Of a stretch of DNA of 46,459 nt, positions 34,915 to 44,022 are shown one piece after another (position 1 is the first letter of the stretch; the number at the start of each line of letters is the position of its first letter). A model generated the notes under the pieces. It was not told the origin of the DNA. It worked only from the letters and a program-made list of their open reading frames with translations, and searched no databases. The translations under genes were made by a program, and so were the position numbers. The stretch is taken from positions 1 to 46,459 of the forward strand of contig CAXMNG010000251.1 of NCBI GenBank assembly GCA_964194585.1, in the 5' to 3' direction. Source of the stretch: Salibacteraceae bacterium. GTDB taxonomy: Bacteria > Pseudomonadota > Gammaproteobacteria > HK1.

Positions 34915-36212
34915 ACGGCAATGGCGCCGGTGGACAGGCGCTCGGTGGCCTGGGACAGGCGCGCCACCAATGCCGACAGGAAGACCTTATGGAAGCGCAA
35001 CTGGCAGTTGAGCGACGCGCGTTCGATCATCGACGGGCGTACGTTCATGGTGGTCACGCCGGTCTTGGCAACGATGGTGGCACTGCGTTCCTTGCGCGCG
35101 ATGAATCCCATCTCGCCGAAACAATCTCCCTGATGCAGCTCGTCCACCTCCATGTTGCCCTTCCGCACGGTCACGTCTCCCGAGATGATGACGTAGAAGG
35201 ACGTATCCAGCTCACCCTCGGCGATGATCTCGCTGCCTGGAGTGAAATCCAGCCAGCCGCTGGAGTTGATCACCTCCCAGATCTCGGCCTCGGTGAATTC
35301 GTCGAAGAAGGTAAGGCTTCGCACCAGCTTGAATTTCTCCTCGCCGGGAAGCTGTTCGTCGAGTAGCTTGATGTGGTCGTAGACGAGACTCAGATCCGCG
35401 GCCAGATCGAGCCCCATCTTATAGCGTTGCCCAGCCTGCTTGCAGAGCGCCCGGTCGAGAATTCGCCCGAGTATCTGGGGCGCGTCGGAGCGCATCTCCG
35501 AAAGAGGGGTGTGTGTCTTCTCGGTGATGCGATGGGCGATGGCGGGCAGATTGTCCGCGGCGAACGGGTGTCTACCCGTCAGCAGCTCGTACATGACCAC
35601 ACCCAGGGAAAAGATATCGGTTTGGTTGCTGATGCTGTCGTCCCTGACCTGCTCCGGCGACATATACAGCGGCGAGCCGATATAGCCGTGCACCTGCGTG
35701 TCGGTGGCGTCGCCGTGGGTCCTCAGCGCGATGCTGAAGTCGCTCAATTTTACTTCGCTGTCCACGGTGAGGAGAATATTGCGCGGCTTGACGTCGCGGT
35801 GAATCACTCCCTGCCGGTGGGCGTAGTCGAGCGCCCGGGCGCTCTTGAATATGATCCGCACCACGTCTTCGATGGGCAGCAGACTGTCCGGCTGACAATG
35901 GTCGAAGAGGGTACGGCCACCGGATATCAGCTCCATGACGATGTAGCAGATTTCGTCCTCGACCCCGGCGTCGTAGACGCCGACGATGTTCGCGTGGCGA
36001 AGTTTCCCCGCTACCTTGGCCTCGTTGAAGAACAGCTTCCGATAACGGGCGCCGCCGCGCTTGTCCAGGAGCGATTCCGGCAACGCCACTTTGATGGCCA
36101 CGTCGCGTCCGGTGAAGGGGTCGTGACCGAGATACACGACGCCCATGCTGCCCCGGCCGATTTCATGAAAGACGTCGTACTTGCCGAGGGTCGTATTTTT
36201 GAGGTCATGCAT
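34911..36212 (-). CDS. Hanks-type Ser/Thr protein kinase with C-terminal cyclic-nucleotide-binding domain
   Basis: GRGSMGVVY G-loop, VAIKV, HRDVKPRNILL, DFS (in place of DFG), SPLYMSPEQ. C-terminal CNB cassette FGEMGFIARKERSATIVA. ATG 36212 is preferred; the ORF-track start at 36323 is a TTG. Confidence 0.85.
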   Translation of the reverse strand: MHDLKNTTLGKYDVFHEIGRGSMGVVYLGHDPFTGRDVAIKVALPESLLDKRGGARYRKLFFNEAKVAGKLRHANIVGVYDAGVEDEICYIVMELISGGRTLFDHCQPDSLLPIEDVVRIIFKSARALDYAHRQGVIHRDVKPRNILLTVDSEVKLSDFSIALRTHGDATDTQVHGYIGSPLYMSPEQVRDDSISNQTDIFSLGVVMYELLTGRHPFAADNLPAIAHRITEKTHTPLSEMRSDAPQILGRILDRALCKQAGQRYKMGLDLAADLSLVYDHIKLLDEQLPGEEKFKLVRSLTFFDEFTEAEIWEVINSSGWLDFTPGSEIIAEGELDTSFYVIISGDVTVRKGNMEVDELHQGDCFGEMGFIARKERSATIVAKTGVTTMNVRPSMIERASLNCQLRFHKVFLSALVARLSQATERLSTGAIAV

Positions 36213-36345
36213 GGGGCGCGTGAATCGGACAAACAGAGGCTCAGTAATGGAATCGGTCGCTGGCGGCCCACCTTTAGGGACAGGAGCCCCGGAATCGAAA
36301 AAAAGATAGTTTCCCACCCCCAATTACCCGCCCGGGTTCCCGGGC

Positions 36346-37173
36346 TCAGTCGAATCCCCTGGTGGCGAGCACTTCGCGTGCGGGGGTGCGGTCGCCGGTG
36401 CGGCTGATGCTGCGCGGGGCCTGCATGAATGCCAGGCGGAAGTCGAGGGATTCGTAGAGCGCGACGATGCGCTCGGTGGCCTGGTTGGAGAGCACCACCG
36501 GACCCTTGTGCATGCTGAGCCAGCGGGCCAGCCGTACCTGCTCGCTCCAGTCGAACCCGTAGCGCGAATACTGCCGGAAGGGAACGTCGTAGGGAGGATC
36601 CGCGTAGATGAAATCATCGTCCTCCAGCTCGAGGGCCTCGAAGTCTCCGCTGCTGAAATGCCAGCGGCAGAGAACCCCCCGATAGGCGCCGAAGTTGCGC
36701 ACGTAATTAATGCGTTCATGGCGGCCGAAGGGTACGTTGAACTCGCCCTTGCGATTGAATCGGCAAAGTCCGTTGTAAGCCGTTCGATTCAAGAAGTAGA
36801 AAAGCTCGGCGGCCTTGCGGCTGATCAGACCCCGGCGCGTCGATGCCAGACGATTGAAGTCGCTGCGATGTTGGTAGTAGAGATCCCTTTCGTTACGCAT
36901 GGCGAGGCGTATGGTCAGTCCTTTCTGCAGGTGCTGGTAGAAATTAACCGGGTGTGGGTTGACGTCGTTCAGGAGCGCGCGTTGTGGATCGATGCCCAGC
37001 GCCACCGCCAACCCGCCGCAGAAGGGCTCAACGAGGCGCCGGGAGGCCTGCGCACGCCACAGGCGCTGCAGCTGTGGCGCCAGCCAGCGTTTACCTCCGG
37101 CCCACTTGAGCGGCGGGCGCAAACGCGCTGCGCGATCGTCGCTGATCGGGATCGATGGGGGCGCTTGCGTCAT
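36346..37173 (-). CDS. dam: DNA adenine methyltransferase (Dam family, GATC-type predicted)
   Basis: 275 aa from ATG 37173. PPLKWAGGKRWL, motif I EPFCGGLAV, catalytic motif IV FIYADPPY. No adjacent endonuclease gene. Confidence 0.9.
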   Translation of the reverse strand: MTQAPPSIPISDDRAARLRPPLKWAGGKRWLAPQLQRLWRAQASRRLVEPFCGGLAVALGIDPQRALLNDVNPHPVNFYQHLQKGLTIRLAMRNERDLYYQHRSDFNRLASTRRGLISRKAAELFYFLNRTAYNGLCRFNRKGEFNVPFGRHERINYVRNFGAYRGVLCRWHFSSGDFEALELEDDDFIYADPPYDVPFRQYSRYGFDWSEQVRLARWLSMHKGPVVLSNQATERIVALYESLDFRLAFMQAPRSISRTGDRTPAREVLATRGFD

Positions 37174-37186
37174 CGGTGCTGATTCC

Positions 37187-37945
37187 CTAAACGGCCGGGG
37201 ACGCGGCGCGTTTCTCCCAGCTCCAGCCGCCGAGATCCAGGGCCTCGGTGAGCCAGGCGACGGCGTCATCGACATTTCCGGCGTGGCCGCGCACGCCGAG
37301 CTCGGTCTCACGGTAGTCGCCTTGCATGTGTGGCAGGCAGGAGAACTCCACCTCGGGAAAGCGCGCGACAAAATCCTGCATGATGTCGATGAGCTGGCCC
37401 TCGCTGACATCGGGCAGAGTCAGCAGAATCTCCGCCGGTAGCTCCTGGTCGCGCAGATGCGGATAGTGATTGTCCAGTACCCACTCCATCATGGGCCACG
37501 CCATCTGCGGAAAGCCGGGGACGAAGTGCAGCTTACCCAGGCTGAATCCCGCGATCCGGTTGACCGGATTCGGAATCAGGGTGCTGCCCTCGGGAAGGTC
37601 AGCCATGTGAATGCGCTGGGGATAGGCGCTGTCTGCGAAGCGCTCCTCGATGATGGCCGCCGCTTGTGGGTGGCGAACGAGCATAACGCCCGCGGCGCTG
37701 GCGGCGCTGGCGCGGGTGTGGTCGTCCGGTGTCGCGCCGATGCCACCGCAACAGAACACGATGTCGTCGCTCTCCATGACGAAGCGCAGCTCACGGATAA
37801 TGATTTGCGGATAGTCACCGATGTAGCGGCACCAGCTGAGCGCCAGGCCGCGATGGGCAAGTGCCTCCACGGTATGTGCAAAGTGGCTGTCTCGGCGTTT
37901 CCCCGTGAGCAGCTCGGTGCCGATGACGATCAGTCCGATTCCCAT
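37187..37945 (-). CDS. CinA-N-terminal-like MoCF-binding (MoaB/MogA fold) domain protein lacking the PncC deamidase domain
   Basis: 252 aa from ATG 37945. IGLIVIGTELLTGKRRDSH..VFCCGGIGATPDDHT..IPNPVNRIAGF. Confidence 0.8.
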   Translation of the reverse strand: MGIGLIVIGTELLTGKRRDSHFAHTVEALAHRGLALSWCRYIGDYPQIIIRELRFVMESDDIVFCCGGIGATPDDHTRASAASAAGVMLVRHPQAAAIIEERFADSAYPQRIHMADLPEGSTLIPNPVNRIAGFSLGKLHFVPGFPQMAWPMMEWVLDNHYPHLRDQELPAEILLTLPDVSEGQLIDIMQDFVARFPEVEFSCLPHMQGDYRETELGVRGHAGNVDDAVAWLTEALDLGGWSWEKRAASPAV

Positions 37946-37973
37946 ATTTTCAGGCCACGCTCGCGGCCATTGT

Positions 37974-40900
37974 TCAGGTATTGAGCTCCGCGGCGTCGCC
38001 GCCGGTGGGTCGACCCGAGCGCAGGGCAATGGATTCGTGAACGCACAGCAGGCTCGGAACCACCAGCAACACGAGCAGCGTCGCCACGGCCAGACCATAT
38101 GAGATCGTAACCGCCATGGGGATGAGGAATTGTGCCTGGCGGGAGGTCTCGAACATCAGCGGCGTGAGGCCGGCGATGGTCGTGAGCGAGGTCAGCAGCA
38201 CGGCGCGAAGACGCTGACAGGTGGCCTCGACGATGGCGCGGCGCCAGGGTACGCCGCTCTCCTTCTGTTGCTTGTAGAACATCACCAGGATGATGGAGTC
38301 GTTGACGACGATGCCCGACAGGCCGAACAAGCCGAACAACGAAAGCACAGTCAGATCCAGGCCCATCAGCCAGTGACCCAGAAGTGCGCCGATGACGCCG
38401 AAGGGAATGACGGACATCACCACCAACGGCCAACCGTAGGACGCGAAAACCCATGCCAGCACCACGTAGATCATCGCCAACGCCAGAAGTCCGCCCCGCG
38501 CCATGTCTGCCAGCGTCTCGGTCTGATCCGAGCGGCGGCCTTCATAGGAGTAGTCGATGCCGTAGCGACTCTTCAACCGCTGCAGGGGGCCGGCTTCGAG
38601 ATCCGCAATGACGTCGTTGCTGTTGTTGAGGGCCGGGTCCACCGCGGCCGAAACACGCACGGAAAGATCGCGGTCGTTGTGCCTGAGAATGTCGAATCCC
38701 CGTTGCGTCGAGATCTCGAGCACGGTGAACAGCGGCACACTGCCACCGGCTGCGGTCATGATCTTGAGATCACCGAGACTCGCGAGGTTGTGCCGCTCGC
38801 TATCGGGAAGCACGACCCGCACCTCGATCTCGTCGTCGCCGTCCTGAAAAATCTGCGCAATCCGACCGTCGTAGGCGGCGCGCAATTGACGGCCCACGTC
38901 CTCCACGGTAAGTCCCAGGGTACGGCCTTCGGGCGACAGGCGGTAGATGAGCTGTTCCTGGCCGAAAGGCATGTCATCGCCGATTCCACTCACCCCGCGA
39001 ATGGTGCTCAAGATGCTGGCCAGCTCCAGGGCCGCGGCTTTCAGCTGCGCGGTATCGTTGCCCGGGCGGGTGAGCCGGATATCGATATCGCGGCCCGGCG
39101 GGCCAGGGCGGCGCTCGACGATGGAGAAAGACTCGATGCCGGCAGGAAGGCGCACGCGGCTTTGCCACTCGCGCATGAACTCGGGATTGCCCACGTCGCG
39201 TGCATCGGGTTCCACCAGCTCCACGATGACCGTGCCGAACTGATCGCCGTTCTGGCCGCGCGTGCCGTCGGCGCCTTCGATGATGCCGCGGTGGGTGGTG
39301 GCAACCTCGATAAGCTGCCCGCCCAGTGCCGCCTCGGTTTCGCGCAACGCCTGCTCCACGTGGCCGAGGAAGGTCTCGGTACGCCCGGGCGGCGTGCCGG
39401 CGACGAAGCTGACATTGGCGTAAACGAGCTTGCCTTCCGGCGACGGCAGAAAATGAAAAGCCAGCCGCCCTCCGGCGAACAGGCCGATGCTCACCAGCAG
39501 CAGAGCCACCGCGACGCTGAGCGTCGTCCACGGATTCGCAACACTCGCCGTCACGAGGGTTCGAAAGCGGCCTTCGCGAAAGCTCGCAAACGCTGCATCC
39601 AGTCGCAGGCGCAGCGCCGAAACAGGGCGCTCGTGCATATTCTCGAATGCGTGGCGCAGATGCCCTGGGAGCACCAGAAAGCTTTCCACCAGCGAGGCGA
39701 TGATGACGCACACCACCACCATGGGGATGTCGAAGAGCACGTGGCCGATGATGCCGCTCACCAGCATCAGCGGCAGAAAGGCCGCTATGGTGGTCAAGGA
39801 AGACGAGATCACCGGCGCCAGCATGCGCCGCGCGCCGCCCTCGGCCGCCTCCAGGGGATTCTCGCCGGCATGGTAGTGGGTGAGCGCGTCCTCGCCCACC
39901 ACGATGGCATCGTCGACGATGATGCCCAGGGCCATGATGAGGCCGAAGAGGCTCACCATGTTGATGCTGCCGCCGATGAGATAGAGCATGCCGAGGGTCG
40001 CCATGAAGGATATCGGGATACCCACTGCCACCCAGAACGCGACGCGGCCGTTCAGAAACAGAAACAGGATGAGTACCACCAGAACCAGGCCGCCGGCGCC
40101 GTTCTTCAGCAACAGCTGGATGCGCTCCTTGATCAACAGCCACGCCTGGTCGTAGACAATCACTCGGATCCCCGGCGGCCAGCGACCGCGGTTGTCCGCC
40201 TGCCAGCGGGCGAGCATTTCCGCCGATTCGAGGCTGCTGGCGTTCTCGTTGCGCTTGAGGCGCATCTCGATGGCCGGTTGGCCAGCGATGGTGACCACGG
40301 TTTGGTGGCTACGGGCACGCCGCTCGATGGTGGCGATGTCTCCCAGGGTCAGAAGCCGGCCCGATTCATCGCTGAGCAGCGGCAGGCGCTCGAAACCCAC
40401 TTCCCGTCGGCGCTGATCCAGTGCCCGCAGTTGCCGGGACACGTCGTTCAAGCCGATGTTCCCGGCTGGCAGATCGCGACTCAGCCGGGCCACCCGATCG
40501 GCGATGTCGTCCAGCGACAGGTCCAACTCGTGCAGCACGGCGGCCGGTACCTGGATGGCGATCTCTTGCTCCGGGAGTCCCACCAGTTGGATGTTGGCGA
40601 TGCCGCGATCCAGCAGCTCGCGTTCCATCTGCTGCACCAGCGCGCGCAGCTCGCCGATATCAGTGTCGGCGCTGGTCACCAGCACCCGGGCCACAGGCTC
40701 GTAGCGCACGACGCGGGCGATCTCCGGCGTCTCCGCCGCCGCGGGGAGATTGCGCACCAGCGCCACCTGCTCCTTTACCTGGTCCAACGCCACGCCCATG
40801 TCGGTGCCCTCTTCGTACTCGAGGACAATGCTCGCCGAGCCCTCGGCGGAGTTGGACGTCATCTGGCGGAGCCCATCCAGGGAACGGAGCTGCTGCTCCA

Positions 40901-41129
40901 GGGGATCGGTGACGGCAGCCTCCACATCCTCGGCGCTGGCACCAGTCCACTCCACGCGCACCTTCACCACGTCGAGAGCGATATTCGGGAAGAATTGCGT
41001 GTGGAGACGATCCAGAGCCCAGACCCCGGCCAGGATCATGATCACCATGAGCAGATTGCACGCCACCTTGTGCTGGGCGAAGACTCCCAGGAGATCGTGG
41101 CGGTGGCGAAAAGGCATGGGCTGCTGCAT
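37974..41129 (-). CDS. RND efflux transporter permease (AcrB/AcrD/AcrF superfamily)
   Basis: 1051 aa. Two-fold 6-TM plus large periplasmic loop architecture. [39 protein letters not shown] and [14 protein letters not shown] motifs. Confidence 0.93.
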   Translation of the reverse strand: MQQPMPFRHRHDLLGVFAQHKVACNLLMVIMILAGVWALDRLHTQFFPNIALDVVKVRVEWTGASAEDVEAAVTDPLEQQLRSLDGLRQMTSNSAEGSASIVLEYEEGTDMGVALDQVKEQVALVRNLPAAAETPEIARVVRYEPVARVLVTSADTDIGELRALVQQMERELLDRGIANIQLVGLPEQEIAIQVPAAVLHELDLSLDDIADRVARLSRDLPAGNIGLNDVSRQLRALDQRRREVGFERLPLLSDESGRLLTLGDIATIERRARSHQTVVTIAGQPAIEMRLKRNENASSLESAEMLARWQADNRGRWPPGIRVIVYDQAWLLIKERIQLLLKNGAGGLVLVVLILFLFLNGRVAFWVAVGIPISFMATLGMLYLIGGSINMVSLFGLIMALGIIVDDAIVVGEDALTHYHAGENPLEAAEGGARRMLAPVISSSLTTIAAFLPLMLVSGIIGHVLFDIPMVVVCVIIASLVESFLVLPGHLRHAFENMHERPVSALRLRLDAAFASFREGRFRTLVTASVANPWTTLSVAVALLLVSIGLFAGGRLAFHFLPSPEGKLVYANVSFVAGTPPGRTETFLGHVEQALRETEAALGGQLIEVATTHRGIIEGADGTRGQNGDQFGTVIVELVEPDARDVGNPEFMREWQSRVRLPAGIESFSIVERRPGPPGRDIDIRLTRPGNDTAQLKAAALELASILSTIRGVSGIGDDMPFGQEQLIYRLSPEGRTLGLTVEDVGRQLRAAYDGRIAQIFQDGDDEIEVRVVLPDSERHNLASLGDLKIMTAAGGSVPLFTVLEISTQRGFDILRHNDRDLSVRVSAAVDPALNNSNDVIADLEAGPLQRLKSRYGIDYSYEGRRSDQTETLADMARGGLLALAMIYVVLAWVFASYGWPLVVMSVIPFGVIGALLGHWLMGLDLTVLSLFGLFGLSGIVVNDSIILVMFYKQQKESGVPWRRAIVEATCQRLRAVLLTSLTTIAGLTPLMFETSRQAQFLIPMAVTISYGLAVATLLVLLVVPSLLCVHESIALRSGRPTGGDAAELNT

Positions 41130-41297
41130 CCGGGCTGCTGGAAAGCGACCATTCTACCAGCCGTTACCTGTGTGCACGGCACACTCGACGCCGTTTCGGC
41201 GTGGCCTCGAAAGCCGTGCCACGCTATGCTCCCGCCTCCTGACAGGGGGGTGGCCGTCACCACCAGGGTTTCGAGCGGAGCAGATCGGGAACAGCAC

Positions 41298-43658
41298 GTG
41301 GATCGCGTAGTCTGGTTTGACACTGTCGGCATGAATGACGTCGCCCGGGTCGGCGGCAAAAATGCTTCCCTTGGCGAGATGATTGGATCCCTCGCGGCTT
41401 CCGGCGTGAAAGTCCCCGGGGGATTCGCGACCACCGCCGATGCCTTCCGGGAATTCCTGAACCATAACGCTCTGGCGCAACGCATCGCGGACGAATTGAA
41501 AGGCCTGGACGTGGAAGACGTGGCGGCGCTCGCCGCTACCGGGGAGCGGATCCGGGGTTGGGTAAGCGACGCGGCGCTCCCGGAAGCGCTGGAGGACGCG
41601 GTTCGCGAGGGCCACCGGGAACTCGTCGGGAAGAGTGCGGGCACCGCGGTGGCGGTGCGCTCCTCGGCGACGGCGGAGGATCTACCGGAAGCGTCCTTTG
41701 CCGGTCAGCAGGAAACATTCCTCAACGTCGTCGGCATCGACGACGTACTGGTGGCCATCAAGTCCGTGTTCGCGTCCCTGTACAACGATCGCGCCATCGC
41801 TTACCGGGTGCACCAGGACTTCGCCCACAGCGAGGTGGCTTTGTCGGCCGGTGTGCAACGCATGGTGCGCAGCGATACCGCCGCCAGCGGCGTCATGTTC
41901 ACCATGGATACAGAATCCGGTTTCGACCAGGTGGTGTTCATCACCTCCGCCTATGGCCTCGGCGAAACCGTGGTCCAGGGACAGGTCAACCCCGACGAGT
42001 TCTATGTCTACAAGCCGGCGCTGCGCGCGGGGCGCCCGGCCATCGTGCGCCGGAAACGCGGCAGCAAGGCGCTTCGCATGGTGCTTGCCGGCGACGGCGC
42101 CGAACGCGTGCGCATCGAGCCGGTGGCGGAGAGCGATCAGCGCGCCTTCTCCCTCGACGACGCCGACATCGAGCAGCTGGCTCACTACGCGCTGCTCATC
42201 GAGGATCACTACGCGCGGCCCATGGACATCGAGTGGGGAAAGGACGGCGAGGACGGCGGGATCTATATCCTCCAGGCACGGCCGGAAACCGTGCAGAGCC
42301 GCGCCGCCGCTCAGCGTCTGGAGCGCTTCGAGCTCACCGAGCGCGGCGAGGTGCTGAGTTCCGGTCGCAGCATCGGTCAACGCATCGGCAGCGGACCCGC
42401 GCGTCTGGTGCTCGACGTGGCGGACATGAGCAGCGTCCAGCCCGGCGATGTGCTGGTTACCGATATGACGGATCCGGACTGGGAGCCGATCATGAAGCGC
42501 GCGTCGGCCATTGTTACCAATCGCGGTGGCCGCACCTGCCACGCGGCTATCATCGCGAGAGAGTTGGGGATCCCGGCGGTGGTGGGCACTCGCGACGCAA
42601 CCCGCAGCGTGCCCGACGGGCAATCGGTGACGGTGTCCTGCGCCGAGGGCGATACCGGCTACGTGTACGCCGGTGCTCTCAGCTTCGACATTCGCCGCTT
42701 GGATATCGAGACCATGCCCGAGCTGCCGTTCAAGATAACCATGAACGTGGGCAATCCCGAACGCGCTTTCGATTTTCAGGCGCTACCGAATGCAGGCGTA
42801 GGTCTCGCCCGCATCGAATTCATCATCAGCAATACCATCGGCGTACATCCCAAGGCGCTCATCGAATACGAGCGGCTGCCGGACGAACTCAAGGCGACTA
42901 TCGACGAGCGTATGGCGGGTTACGAGGATCCGGTGCGCTTCTACGTGGCCAAGCTGCAGGAAGGCATCGCCACCCTGGCCGCGGCCTTCTCGCCCAAGCC
43001 GGTGATCGTGCGGATGTCGGATTTCAAGTCAGACGAGTACCGCAATCTGATCGGCGGCAACCTCTACGAGCCCACCGAAGCCAATCCGATGCTCGGATTT
43101 CGCGGCGCGTCGCGCTATGTGGCCGAAGAGTTTCGTGATTGCTTCGCTCTCGAATGCCAGGCAATCCGGTTTGTGCGCGACCACATGGGGCTCACCAACA
43201 TCGAGGTCATGGTTCCTTTCGTGCGCACAGTGGGTGAGGCCGCCAGGGTGGTGGAGCTTCTGGCGGAAAACGGCCTTGCGAGGGGAGTCAACGGCCTACG
43301 CCTGATCATGATGTGTGAGGTGCCCTCGAACGCGCTGCTGGCGGAGCAGTTTCTCGAGCACTTCGACGGGTTTTCCATCGGCTCCAACGACCTCACCCAG
43401 ATGACCCTGGGTCTGGATCGGAACTCCGGGCTGGTTGCGTCGCTGTTCGACGAGCGCGACCCGGCGGTCAAGATGCTGCTGCACCAGGCCATACAGGCCT
43501 GTCGCAAGGCCGACAAGTACGTGGGGATCTGCGGCCAGGGCCCGTCGGATCACCCGGATCTGGCCCGCTGGCTCATGGACGAGGGCATCACCAGCGTGTC
43601 CTTGAATCCCGACTCGGTGGTGGAAACCTGGTTGTTTCTGGGCGGCCGGAAGGTCTGA
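41298..43658 (+). CDS. ppsA: phosphoenolpyruvate synthase
   Basis: The last 786 codons of the 1842-aa [28 protein letters not shown], phospho-His loop [21 protein letters not shown], and a C-terminal PEP-utilising domain. GTG 41298 gives an N-terminus collinear with known PpsA. Confidence 0.93.
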   Translation: MDRVVWFDTVGMNDVARVGGKNASLGEMIGSLAASGVKVPGGFATTADAFREFLNHNALAQRIADELKGLDVEDVAALAATGERIRGWVSDAALPEALEDAVREGHRELVGKSAGTAVAVRSSATAEDLPEASFAGQQETFLNVVGIDDVLVAIKSVFASLYNDRAIAYRVHQDFAHSEVALSAGVQRMVRSDTAASGVMFTMDTESGFDQVVFITSAYGLGETVVQGQVNPDEFYVYKPALRAGRPAIVRRKRGSKALRMVLAGDGAERVRIEPVAESDQRAFSLDDADIEQLAHYALLIEDHYARPMDIEWGKDGEDGGIYILQARPETVQSRAAAQRLERFELTERGEVLSSGRSIGQRIGSGPARLVLDVADMSSVQPGDVLVTDMTDPDWEPIMKRASAIVTNRGGRTCHAAIIARELGIPAVVGTRDATRSVPDGQSVTVSCAEGDTGYVYAGALSFDIRRLDIETMPELPFKITMNVGNPERAFDFQALPNAGVGLARIEFIISNTIGVHPKALIEYERLPDELKATIDERMAGYEDPVRFYVAKLQEGIATLAAAFSPKPVIVRMSDFKSDEYRNLIGGNLYEPTEANPMLGFRGASRYVAEEFRDCFALECQAIRFVRDHMGLTNIEVMVPFVRTVGEAARVVELLAENGLARGVNGLRLIMMCEVPSNALLAEQFLEHFDGFSIGSNDLTQMTLGLDRNSGLVASLFDERDPAVKMLLHQAIQACRKADKYVGICGQGPSDHPDLARWLMDEGITSVSLNPDSVVETWLFLGGRKV

Positions 43659-43670
43659 AGCCTTTCCCGG

Positions 43671-43827
43671 GGCCGCTCACGCACATCCTGTGCTTCGCGG
43701 CACCTGCACGTCCGTGTGCAATGGCCGCTCACGCACATCTCGGCTCGGGCATCCTGCTTCGCCCTACCTCGTCCATCCCTGGACTCGCCTGTGCTTCGCG
43801 GCACCTGCACGTCCGTGTGCAATGGCC
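43671..43827. repeat. 52-bp unit duplicated in tandem, with the second copy interrupted by 49 bp
   Basis: GGCCGCTCACGCACATC occurs at 43671-87 and 43723-39. CCTGTGCTTCGCGGCACCTGCACGTCCGTGTGCAATGGCC occurs at 43687-726 and 43788-827, both exact. The region is intergenic between ppsA and panE. Confidence 0.85.
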
Positions 43828-44022
43828 ACCCCCTGCCGGCGTCAATACACTGCATTGACAAATTCAATGAGATCTGTGCCGGCTGCCATGATTTGATAAT
43901 GCTCGTAGCGAGCTCCGGGCTCCGGCGGGCTTCCTGTATCTGGCCCGCCGGTGCCACGAGGCACTCACAGGCAGGGCCGGATGCGTCCCTGGGACGCCGT
44001 GGGCCACGGGAGGGCACGATTC

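Noticed and set aside
38130-41297. The first roughly 1055 codons of the 1842-aa plus-strand ORF, which runs antisense through the whole RND gene and continues in frame into ppsA.
   Set aside because: The composition is Arg/Gly/His/Asp/Ala-rich and featureless, with no recognisable domain. An open antisense frame is expected when sense codons end in G/C, because antisense codons then cannot begin with T and so cannot be stops. PpsA homology starts only at about 41298, where a GTG gives a normal-length protein.
43671-43827. Possible CRISPR array or att-site duplication, given the exact 40-bp direct repeats.
   Set aside because: There are only two copies, with no regular repeat-spacer periodicity beyond one interval. 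No cas genes or integrase lie in the window, and the repeat units are part of a larger interrupted tandem duplication.
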